Shown here one piece after another: positions 1 through 7,348 of a DNA stretch of 32,000 nt (position 1 is the first letter of the stretch; each line of letters begins with the position of its first letter). Source of the DNA: Xanthomonas campestris pv. campestris str. ATCC 33913 (lineage in GTDB: Bacteria; Pseudomonadota; Gammaproteobacteria; Xanthomonadales; Xanthomonadaceae); NCBI RefSeq assembly GCF_000007145.1, contig NC_003902.1, forward strand, positions 210,001 to 242,000. The letters are read 5' to 3'. Below the pieces are notes generated by a model. That model was not told the DNA's origin. It was given only the letters and a program-made list of their open reading frames with translations, and ran no database searches. Made by a program: the position numbers and the translations under genes.

Positions 1-328
1 GGTCCAGCGCCACGGCCTTTTCCTGCATCTGGAACGCGTCCATGCCGCTGGCGTACAGCGCGCCCACCACGCTACCGGCGCTGGTGCCCGACACCACCAC
101 CGGTGCAAACCCGTTGGCTTCCAGCATCTTGATCACGCCGATATGTGCAAAGCCCTTGGCCGCACCGCCGCCGAGCGCGACGCCGATCTTCACCGGCTTG
201 GGCGCAGTGGCAGACGGCGCCTGCACCACCGGCGCGGGCGTGGCGGGACGCGGTTCGCCCCCACAGGCCGAAAGCAGGCCGATCAGCGACAGCAAGGCAA
301 GGGAGCGTGGGCGACGGAGCGCAGTCAT
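1..328 (-). CDS. Patatin-like phospholipase family lipoprotein, N-terminal 109 codons only (gene continues past the left edge)
   Basis: Own translation of the minus strand from ATG 328-326: MTALRRPRSLALLSLIGLLSACGGEPRP...VKIGVALGGGAAKGFAHIGVIKMLEANGFAPVVVSGTSAGSVVGALYASG. It has a lipobox (LLSAC), the patatin glycine-rich loop (GGGAAKG) and the nucleophile elbow GTSAG (GxSxG). An in-frame TGA lies at 424-422, with no ATG/GTG/TTG between it and ATG 328. The ORF track omits it because no stop lies in the window. Confidence 0.85.
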   Translation of the reverse strand, partial: MTALRRPRSLALLSLIGLLSACGGEPRPATPAPVVQAPSATAPKPVKIGVALGGGAAKGFAHIGVIKMLEANGFAPVVVSGTSAGSVVGALYASGMDAFQMQEKAVALD

Positions 329-610
329 GGCGACGGAAACGTAGTTGGAAAGGCGAGGGAGAATACACGCGCACCCCCTAACGCCGCGCGTCCCATTGGT
401 CGCCTCGGCAGCCGGGCTGCGTCAGGGATCAGCACGGCGCGCGCTGCCACCTGCGGGCATACGCCTTCGGGAGCAATCACTGTGTCGCCGCGTACCTTCA
501 CCCGCCCGCGGCGTCGCGTGCGTGCCTGCGCGTGCGCTGCAGGCGCTCTGGAGTGCACATGCCGCCGGTGCGTAGACCGCGCCGCATCAGCGCCGCAGTA
601 AAGCGCTTCG

Positions 611-663
611 GTTAACCGCGGCTGGTGCGTTTACGGCAACGCGTCGCACCAGCCGCGGTCAAC
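611..663 (-). terminator. Stem-loop downstream of the GYF-AIM24 gene (possible terminator)
   Basis: 19-nt arms (611-629 gttaaccgcggctggtgcg and 645-663 cgcaccagccgcggtcaac, one mismatch) with a 15-nt loop, about 13 nt past the stop at 677-679. There is no clear U-tract, so intrinsic termination is unproven. Confidence 0.35.
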
Positions 664-676
664 CAGTCTGCTTCGA

Positions 677-1693
677 TCAGAACCGGTTGTCGCCATCCAG
701 CAAGCGCCCCAGTCCACCCAGCACCGACCCTTCGCCGCGTTGTTGGCCACCGGCCTGCGGGGCGGCCTGCAGCATGCGGCCGGCCATGCGCGAGAACGGC
801 AGCGATTGCATCCACACCTTGCCCGGGCCGGTGAGGGTGGCCAGGAACACGCCTTCGCCGCCGAAGAACATGCTCTTCAGGCCGGCGATGCGGCGCACGT
901 CCATGTCCACGCTGGCGTGGTAGGCGACCACGCAGCCGGTGTCCACGTCGATGCGTTCGCCCGGCGCCAGGTCGCGTTCCACCACGGTGCCGCCGGCATG
1001 CACGAACACCCAGCCGTCGCCTTCGAGCTTCTGCATGATGAATCCCTCGCCGCCGAACAGGCCGGTGAGGATCTTGCGCTGGAAGGCGATACCCAGCGAT
1101 ACGCCGCGCGCACCCGCCAGGAAGCTGTCCTTCTGGCAGATCAGGCGGCCGCCGTGTTCGGACAGCCGCAACGCCAGCACGGTGCCGGGGTAGGGCGCGG
1201 CGAACGCCACCTTGGCCTTGCCGCTGCCGGCGTGCGTGAACACGGTGGTGAACATGCTTTCGCCGGTCACCACGCGCTTGCCGGCCGAGAGCAACTTGCC
1301 CATCAGCCCGCCGCTGCTGCCGCCCTGGCCATCGTGCGAGCCATCGCCGAACACGGTGTCCATCTGCACCGCGGCGTCCTTGTACATCAGCGCACCGGCT
1401 TCGGCGATGGCGCTCTCGCCCGGGTCCAGTTCGACCTCGACGAACTGCATGTCGTTGCCGACGATGCGGTAATCGATCTCGTCCGCGCGTGCGGCGCCTG
1501 TGCCGCTCAACTGCGGCGGCAGGCTGCCGGCGCCCTGCAATTCGGCCAGCTGGCGGGCGGGTGTCCAGCCGTCGAGGCCGTCGCGCCAGGCCAGCGCGTC
1601 GGGCTGGCGCTGCGCATGCGCGCGGGCGCTGGCGTCATCAAGCGGGCCGATCCGGTCGGCCTGTCCGGGAATATGGAAATACCACTGTGCCAT
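677..1693 (-). CDS. AIM24/DUF124 (TIGR00266-type) family protein with N-terminal GYF_2-like domain
   Basis: 338-aa track ORF. The N-terminal module is WYFHIPGQADRIGPL...WRDGLDGWTPARQL. The AIM24 core follows: GESMFTTVFTHAGSGKAKVAFAAPYPG, GEGFIMQKLEGDGWVFVHAGG, GGEGVFLATLTGPGKVWMQSLP. An SD-like caggag lies about 8 nt before ATG 1693. Confidence 0.85.
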   Translation of the reverse strand: MAQWYFHIPGQADRIGPLDDASARAHAQRQPDALAWRDGLDGWTPARQLAELQGAGSLPPQLSGTGAARADEIDYRIVGNDMQFVEVELDPGESAIAEAGALMYKDAAVQMDTVFGDGSHDGQGGSSGGLMGKLLSAGKRVVTGESMFTTVFTHAGSGKAKVAFAAPYPGTVLALRLSEHGGRLICQKDSFLAGARGVSLGIAFQRKILTGLFGGEGFIMQKLEGDGWVFVHAGGTVVERDLAPGERIDVDTGCVVAYHASVDMDVRRIAGLKSMFFGGEGVFLATLTGPGKVWMQSLPFSRMAGRMLQAAPQAGGQQRGEGSVLGGLGRLLDGDNRF

Positions 1694-1967
1694 CGGGACG
1701 ACTCCTGTCTGCGGTGCGCCGAGTCTAAGCGCAGTGGCCGGCCCGCTGTCCCCTGCCCAACGTCATGGCGCGGCGCACCGGTTGGGCAGGGGTGGGGCGC
1801 CGCTTTCGCGCAGACATGCACGACCCGCCGCGTGCACATTGCCGCCGCCAATGCGCATGGCACGGCCGCCAGCTCAGCCCGCGCATCGCACTGCACCGCA
1901 AACCTTAGAGCGGCTAACAAAACGTAACGCCCGCCTGGCGGCTGCGCAGTCGTTTTGATCGCTGCGC

Positions 1968-2804
1968 TTAGCCAGCGCCCACCGTCGCCCAGTAGCGCTC
2001 GCCATCGCGTTGCACCCGCACCGGGCCATCGAACGCTGCAGACAAACGGTCGTCGGTGAGCATGTCCGCGCGGCTGCCATCGGCCAGGACACTGCCACCG
2101 CGCAGCAGGATCACCCGGTCGATCTCCGGCACGATTTCCTCGATGTGATGGGTCACCAGCACCAACGTGATGCCTTGCTGGGCGAGGTGACGCATGCTGT
2201 CGAGCAGGTGCTGCCGCGCCACCAGATCCAGGCCGGTGGAGGGTTCGTCCAGCAACAGCGCCTGTGGGCGATTGACCAGCGCACGCGCGATCAGTACGCG
2301 CCGTGTCTCGCCGGCCGACAGCTCTGCATACGGGCGCTCCAGCAACGGCAATGCACGCACCAGTGCCAGTGCTTCGCGTGCACGGGCGCGCATGTCGTCG
2401 CTGATTTCGCGGTGCGGCGGCACCACGTAGCTGGCGAAAAACCCGGAGAGCACCGCGCTTTCCACATCCAGCTCGGGCATCTGCGCCAGGTTGCCGCTGA
2501 GATCGCCGCTGACGATACCCAGATGCGCGCGCAGGCGGTCCACCTGCCAGCGCGTCTGCCCCAGCACTTTCACCGCGGGCTGGCCATCGCCACGCGCCAG
2601 CGGATACAGCTCGCGCGTGATCAATTTGATGAAGGAGGATTTGCCGCAGCCGTTCGGGCCCAGGATGGCGGTGTGCTGGCCCAGCGCAATGCGCATGCGC
2701 AAGGCGTGCAGCACGCGCACCTGGCCGCGGATCACGCTGGCCTGGTCGAGCTCGATCAGTGGCGGGGCATCGGGTGTGGCGGAGGAGTCGACGGCAACAG
2801 ACAT
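1968..2804 (-). CDS. ABC transporter ATP-binding protein (no adjacent permease)
   Basis: Walker A GPNGCGKSS, signature LSAGETRR, Walker B LLLDEPSTGLD, H-loop VTHHIEE. I took the start at ATG 2804 (MSVAVDSSATPD...). The 410-aa track ORF 1968..3200 is a 5' overextension into the divergent desaturase gene. Confidence 0.9.
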   Translation of the reverse strand: MSVAVDSSATPDAPPLIELDQASVIRGQVRVLHALRMRIALGQHTAILGPNGCGKSSFIKLITRELYPLARGDGQPAVKVLGQTRWQVDRLRAHLGIVSGDLSGNLAQMPELDVESAVLSGFFASYVVPPHREISDDMRARAREALALVRALPLLERPYAELSAGETRRVLIARALVNRPQALLLDEPSTGLDLVARQHLLDSMRHLAQQGITLVLVTHHIEEIVPEIDRVILLRGGSVLADGSRADMLTDDRLSAAFDGPVRVQRDGERYWATVGAG

Positions 2805-2958
2805 GCAGGTGGGATCGGGTAACGGGAAGGAAACGAGACGTGTGAACCGCTTTAGGAATGTAGGAGGCACCCTACGCATCCGAAGGGTGAAGTTTGCCGC
2901 CATCGCCCCCATCATGTCTGTATCCACCGACACGATGGCGCACTGCCTGGAGATGCCG

Positions 2959-4164
2959 ATGTTGTCCGATTCGATCATCGACGTTCTGACCTCCGGCATC
3001 GCCGGCCTGGGCGTGTGGGGGATGCTGGCCGTGCTGCTGGTGTTCACCCAACTCACCATCTTCGCGGTGACCTTGTACCTGCATCGCAGCCAGGCGCACC
3101 GCGGTGTGGATTTCCATCCGGTCATCGCGCATTTCTTCCGTTTCTGGACCTGGCTCACCACCTCGATGATCACCCGCGAGTGGGTGGCGATCCATCGCAA
3201 GCATCACGCCAAGGTGGAAACCGAGGAAGACCCGCACAGCCCGCAGACCAAGGGCATCGGCCAGGTGTTCTGGCGCGGCGTGGAGCTGTACCGCGAAGCA
3301 CGCGCGCAGCGGGCCGACATCGAGCAGTACGGCAAGGGCGCGCCCAATGACTGGATCGAGCGGCATCTGTACACGCCGCACGCCAACGCCGGCCCGATCG
3401 CGCTGTTGGTGGTCAACAGCGTGCTGTTCGGGCTGCCCGGTATCGCACTGTGGGCGATCCAGATGGCGTGGATTCCGTTCTGGGCCGCCGGCGTGGTCAA
3501 TGGCCTGGGGCATTGGTGGGGCTATCGCAATTTCGAGTCCGCCGACACCTCCACCAACCTGACCCCGTGGGCGCTGTGGATCGGTGGCGAAGAACTGCAC
3601 AACAATCACCATGCCTTCCCGAGTTCGGCGCGGTTTTCGATGCGGCGCTGGGAGCTGGACATCGGCTGGATCGCGATCCGCTGCCTGCAGGCGCTGGGCC
3701 TGGCCAAGGTGCTGCGGGTGGCGCCGTCGCTGGACATTCGCCCCAACATCGCCGTGCCCGATGCCGACACGCTCAAGGCACTGTTGTCGCACCGCTTCCA
3801 GGCCATGACCGACTACCAGCGCAACGTGCTCAAGCCGGCCCTGCGCGAAGAGGCCGCCGCCACCGGTGCCAAGCTGCGCCAGCTGCTACCGCGCCGCCTG
3901 CGCAAGGGCCTGGTGGACGATGGCCGCTGGCTCAAGCCCGATGCGCGCGAACAGTTGCAACACTGGGTGGCGCAACGCCCGCGCATGCGCACGCTGGTGG
4001 AATACCGCGCGCGCCTCACCGCCGTGCTGGAAGCGCGCAGCCACGATGCGTCCGAGCGGCTCAAGCAGCTGCAGCAGTGGTGCCATGAAGCCGAAGCCAG
4101 CGGCAACGCGGCATTGCAGGCGTATGCGGCACGGCTCAAGGGTTATGCGCTGAGTGGCACGTAA
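2959..4164 (+). CDS. Membrane fatty-acid desaturase (DesA-like, three His boxes)
   Basis: His boxes HRSQAH, HRKHH and HNNHH, with hydrophobic N-terminal helices (GLGVWGMLAVLLVFTQLTIFAVTLYL). It shares the stop of track ORF 2491..4164. I chose ATG 2959 because GGAG lies 6 nt upstream. In-frame ATGs at 2914, 2935 and 2953 are alternatives. Confidence 0.85.
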   Translation: MLSDSIIDVLTSGIAGLGVWGMLAVLLVFTQLTIFAVTLYLHRSQAHRGVDFHPVIAHFFRFWTWLTTSMITREWVAIHRKHHAKVETEEDPHSPQTKGIGQVFWRGVELYREARAQRADIEQYGKGAPNDWIERHLYTPHANAGPIALLVVNSVLFGLPGIALWAIQMAWIPFWAAGVVNGLGHWWGYRNFESADTSTNLTPWALWIGGEELHNNHHAFPSSARFSMRRWELDIGWIAIRCLQALGLAKVLRVAPSLDIRPNIAVPDADTLKALLSHRFQAMTDYQRNVLKPALREEAAATGAKLRQLLPRRLRKGLVDDGRWLKPDAREQLQHWVAQRPRMRTLVEYRARLTAVLEARSHDASERLKQLQQWCHEAEASGNAALQAYAARLKGYALSGT

Positions 4165-4546
4165 CGCGAGCGTTGCGCGCGCGGGCGTTTGCGTGCCTGC
4201 GCTGCTGCACGCGCTGCCTCGTGTGCTGGCCTGTGGGGCACTGTGCGCAGTGGCGGTGGCCGCGCAGGCCCAGGTGCAGGACAGCCAGCAGTATCTGCAA
4301 CGCATGGACACCGATGGCGATGGCCGGGTCAGCCGCGATGAATATCTGGCCTGGATGAGCTACGCCTTCGATCAGCGCGACCTGGATCACGACGGCGTGC
4401 TGCAAGGCGAAGAACTGCCGGGCCGGCGCGGCAAGCCGATCACCCGCGCCGCGCACCGCGCAACGCTGGTGGAGCGTTTCGCACGCCAGGATGCCAATGG
4501 CGATGGCTATTTGAGCGCGCGCGAACTGCTGGCACCACCGCGGTGA
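4154..4546 (+). CDS. Secreted EF-hand calcium-binding protein (three EF loops)
   Basis: 130-aa ORF with a signal-peptide-like N terminus (...LACGALCAVAVAAQAQV). It has three canonical 12-residue loops: DTDGDGRVSRDE, DLDHDGVLQGEE, DANGDGYLSARE. ATG 4154 overlaps the desaturase 3' end by 11 nt. The exact start is uncertain. Confidence 0.75.
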   Translation: MARNASVARAGVCVPALLHALPRVLACGALCAVAVAAQAQVQDSQQYLQRMDTDGDGRVSRDEYLAWMSYAFDQRDLDHDGVLQGEELPGRRGKPITRAAHRATLVERFARQDANGDGYLSARELLAPPR

Positions 4547-4606
4547 GACCTGCACGCAGGTGCGCCTTCGCGCCCGTCTGACGCGGCGCCCGGCAAGCTC
4601 GGCCGC

Positions 4607-5344
4607 ATGTTCACTCTCGACCAGGTCAGCCGTCGCTACGGCCAGGCCATCGCCCTCGACCAGGTCAGCCTGTCGTTCGCCAGCGGTGTCACCACTGCGT
4701 TGATCGGCCCCAGTGGCGCCGGCAAGTCCACCGTGCTGCGCATGCTGGTGGGCCTGGAATGGCCGGACAGTGGCAGCGTCACCTTCGATGGCGCGCCATT
4801 GCGGCGTGATGCGCTGCAGGCGCAGCGGCAGCGCATTGGTTACGTGATCCAGGAGGGCGGCCTGTTCCCGCACCTGGATGCACGCAGCAATGTGGTGCTG
4901 CTGGCGCAGACGCTGGGTTGGACGCCGCAACGTATCGCGCAACGCCTGGAGACCTTGTGCGCGCTGTGCCAGCTGCCGCCCGCGCTGCTGGCGCGCTACC
5001 CGGCCGAGTTGTCCGGTGGTCAGCGCCAGCGCGTGGGCCTGATCCGCGCCCTGATGCTGGACCCGCCGGCGCTGCTGCTGGACGAACCACTGGGTGCACT
5101 GGATCCGATCGTGCGCTACGACCTGCAGGCGCAGATGCGCGAGCTGTTCGCGCAGCTCGGCAAGACCGTGGTGCTGGTCACCCACGACGTGGCCGAAGCC
5201 GCGTATCTGGCCGACACGCTGGTGCTGATGCGCGCCGGCCAAGTGGTGCAGCAGGGCAGTGCGCGCACGCTGCTGGAACAGCCGGCCGATGCGTTCGTGC
5301 AGCGCTTTCTCACCGCGCAGCGCAGCATCGGTGATGCCGCATGA
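4607..5344 (+). CDS. Betaine/QAC-type ABC transporter ATP-binding protein, short form without CBS domains
   Basis: Walker A GPSGAGKST, signature LSGGQRQRV, Walker B LLLDEPLGALD, H-loop VTHDVAEA. At 245 aa it ends soon after the NBD. Its stop overlaps the next start (ATGA at 5341-5344). Confidence 0.9.
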   Translation: MFTLDQVSRRYGQAIALDQVSLSFASGVTTALIGPSGAGKSTVLRMLVGLEWPDSGSVTFDGAPLRRDALQAQRQRIGYVIQEGGLFPHLDARSNVVLLAQTLGWTPQRIAQRLETLCALCQLPPALLARYPAELSGGQRQRVGLIRALMLDPPALLLDEPLGALDPIVRYDLQAQMRELFAQLGKTVVLVTHDVAEAAYLADTLVLMRAGQVVQQGSARTLLEQPADAFVQRFLTAQRSIGDAA

Positions 5345-6813
5345 TGCGCGCGCCGTTGATGGCTTTTGCATTGTTGATCTGCAGCGGTGTGGCGCAAGCC
5401 GCGCAGGTCACCATCGGCTCGAAGAACTTCACCGAAGCGGTGATCCTGGGCGAGATCGCCACCGCTGCCGGCCAGCGCGATGGCGTGCAGGTGCAGCACC
5501 GCGCCCAGCTCGGTGGCACGCGCATTCTCTGGCGCGCACTGGAGACCGGGCAGATCGATGCGTACGCCGATTACACCGGCACGCTGGCGCAGGAATTGCT
5601 GCAGCTGCCCAAGGCCAGCCACGCCGAACTACGCGCCGCACTGGATGCACGCGGCCTGGCAATGACCGACTCGCTGGGCTTCGAAAATACCTATGCGTTC
5701 GGCATGCGCCGGGAGCGTGCGCAGGCATTGGGCATCCGCAGCCTGTCCGATCTGGCCCGGCATCCGGACCTGAAGATCGGCCTGAGCAATGAATTCATGC
5801 AGCGTGCCGATGGCTGGCCCGGCGTGCGCGGCGCCTATGCATTGCCGCAGCGCGCCACCGGGCTGGATCACGACCTGGCCTACCGCGCGCTGCAGAGCGG
5901 GGCCATCGAGGTCACCGATCTGTACAGCACCGATGCGGAAATTCCGTACTACCAGCTGCAGGTGTTGCAGGACGACCGCCATTACTTCTCCGAGTACCAG
6001 GCGGTATTCCTGTATCGCAAGGATCTGGCGCAGCGTGCGCCGACGATGGTAGCCACGCTGCAAGGGCTGCAGGGGCGCATCGATGAAGCCACCATGCAGC
6101 GGCTCAACGCGCAGGTGAAGCTGGAGCGCAAGAGCGAAGCCGCCGTGGCCGCGCAATGGCTGGGCGTGGCGCCGGCATCGGCCACCGATGGCCGCGTTGC
6201 GCGCTTGCTGCAGCACACCTGGGAGCACCTGGCCCTGGTGGGCATCTCGCTGGGGCTGGCCTTGGTGATGGCATTGCCGCTCGGCGTGCTGGCCGCGCGC
6301 CGGCCGCGGCTTGGTCAAGTGGTGCTGTCGCTGACCGGCGTGCTGCAGACCTTGCCGTCGCTGGCGGTGTTCGTGTTCATGATCCCGTTGTTCGGCATCG
6401 GCGCCAAACCGGCGATTGCGGCGCTGTTTCTCTACAGCTTGCTGCCGATCGTGCGTAACACGCATGCCGGGCTGACCTCGATTCCGCGCGAGTTGCGCCA
6501 GACCGCCGAAGCCATCGGGCTGCCGGCATGGACGCGCTTGTGGCGTATCGAACTGCCGCTCGCGCGCCGCACGATCGTGGCCGGCATCCAGACCGCGGCG
6601 GTGATCAATGTGGGCACCGCCACCCTGGGCGCATTGATCGGCGCAGGCGGCTACGGCCAGCCGATCCTCACCGGCATCCGCCTGGACGATATCGGCCTGA
6701 TCCTGGAAGGCGCCATTCCCGCCGCCGTGCTGGCCTTGCTGGTGCAGGCGCTGTTCGAAGGCCTGGAGCGCTGGGCCACCCCGCGTGGGCTACGCCTGAG
6801 TCAGCGCGGTTGA
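5341..6813 (+). CDS. Fused periplasmic betaine-binding domain (N-terminal) + ABC permease (C-terminal), OpuBC/OpuCC + OpuCB-like
   Basis: Signal peptide MMRAPLMAFALLICSGVAQA. Binding-domain motifs: IGSKNFTEAVILGEI, DAYADYTGT, GFENTYAF, DLYSTDAEI. A roughly 200-aa multi-helix permease follows, with an EAA loop (TAEAIGLPAWTRLWRIELPLA). Confidence 0.9.
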   Translation: MMRAPLMAFALLICSGVAQAAQVTIGSKNFTEAVILGEIATAAGQRDGVQVQHRAQLGGTRILWRALETGQIDAYADYTGTLAQELLQLPKASHAELRAALDARGLAMTDSLGFENTYAFGMRRERAQALGIRSLSDLARHPDLKIGLSNEFMQRADGWPGVRGAYALPQRATGLDHDLAYRALQSGAIEVTDLYSTDAEIPYYQLQVLQDDRHYFSEYQAVFLYRKDLAQRAPTMVATLQGLQGRIDEATMQRLNAQVKLERKSEAAVAAQWLGVAPASATDGRVARLLQHTWEHLALVGISLGLALVMALPLGVLAARRPRLGQVVLSLTGVLQTLPSLAVFVFMIPLFGIGAKPAIAALFLYSLLPIVRNTHAGLTSIPRELRQTAEAIGLPAWTRLWRIELPLARRTIVAGIQTAAVINVGTATLGALIGAGGYGQPILTGIRLDDIGLILEGAIPAAVLALLVQALFEGLERWATPRGLRLSQRG

Positions 6814-6825
6814 GCAACTGCAAAG

Positions 6826-6892
6826 GTAGGAGCGCGCTTGCGCGCGATGCGGCTGTGCCGGGAACGCCCATCGCGCGCAAGCGCGCTCCTAC
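6826..6892. repeat. REP palindrome, family A (GTAGGAGCGCGCTTGCGCGCGA arms)
   Basis: 67 bp: gtaggagcgcgcttgcgcgcga - 23-nt loop - tcgcgcgcaagcgcgctcctac. The 22-nt arms are perfectly complementary, with GTAG/CTAC termini. It lies 13 nt after the permease stop. Confidence 0.9.
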
Positions 6893-6989
6893 AAGAGCGG
6901 GTGTCAGCACGTCCGATGATTGAGCGCCGCAAAGCAGCGCGATCCATGCACGCCTTGCGCCACGCAGACCCCCAACCACCTCATGACCC

Positions 6990-7056
6990 GTAGGAGCGCG
7001 CTTGCGCGCGACGCGGCTGTGCCGGCAACGCCCATCGCGCGCCAGCGCGCTCCTAC
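6990..7056. repeat. REP palindrome, family A
   Basis: 67 bp with the same arms as 6826-6892. The right arm reads gccagcgcgctcctac, giving one mismatch. Confidence 0.9.
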
Positions 7057-7077
7057 GCGCATCCGGGCATGAGTCGC

Positions 7078-7127
7078 CCAGGAGCGGTTTGCAGGGCAAG
7101 CCTCATCGCGGTCAGGCGCGCTCCTAC
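7078..7127. repeat. Degenerate REP remnant, family A
   Basis: ccaggagcggtttgc...ggtcaggcgcgctcctac. The right arm is recognisable; the left arm is decayed. Confidence 0.5.
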
Positions 7128-7241
7128 AAAGGCAGGATGCCGGCACGATCAAAGCTCAGCGGTTGATGACAGACAGAAGCACCCGCAGAAAACGCTCACC
7201 GCGTGCGCTACTCAGCAAACCCGAGCCACCGCATGAACCAC

Positions 7242-7308
7242 GTAGGAGCGCGCTGGCGCGCGATGAGGCGTTACCGACAACGCCCATCGCGCGCCAGCGC
7301 GCTCCTAC
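7242..7308. repeat. REP palindrome, family A variant
   Basis: 67 bp: gtaggagcgcgctggcgcgcga ... tcgcgcgccagcgcgctcctac. The tg/ca change is compensated between the arms. It lies 40 nt from the stop of the minus-strand aminotransferase gene. Confidence 0.9.
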
Positions 7309-7348
7309 AGGCACCTGGGTCACCGCGCCGCACATCGGCAACCCACCA

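Noticed and set aside
325-558. A 77-aa minus-strand ORF whose TGA overlaps the patatin ATG (ATGA), suggesting an upstream coupled gene.
   Set aside because: The product (MHSRAPAAHAQARTRRRGRVKV...) is low-complexity Arg/Ala sequence with no motif. The ATGA overlap is readily explained by chance in this composition.
2491-2958. Long 5' extensions of track ORFs: 2491..4164, 1968..3200, 8245..9885, 9474..10868, 20156..22261, 22940..23908, 16086..17090, 28065..28703 and 30519..31361.
   Set aside because: The extensions overlap the upstream or divergent gene, or add Arg/Pro-rich junk ahead of a clean signal peptide or conserved N terminus. Internal starts give family-typical lengths and, in several cases, ATGA/GTGA coupling or an SD.
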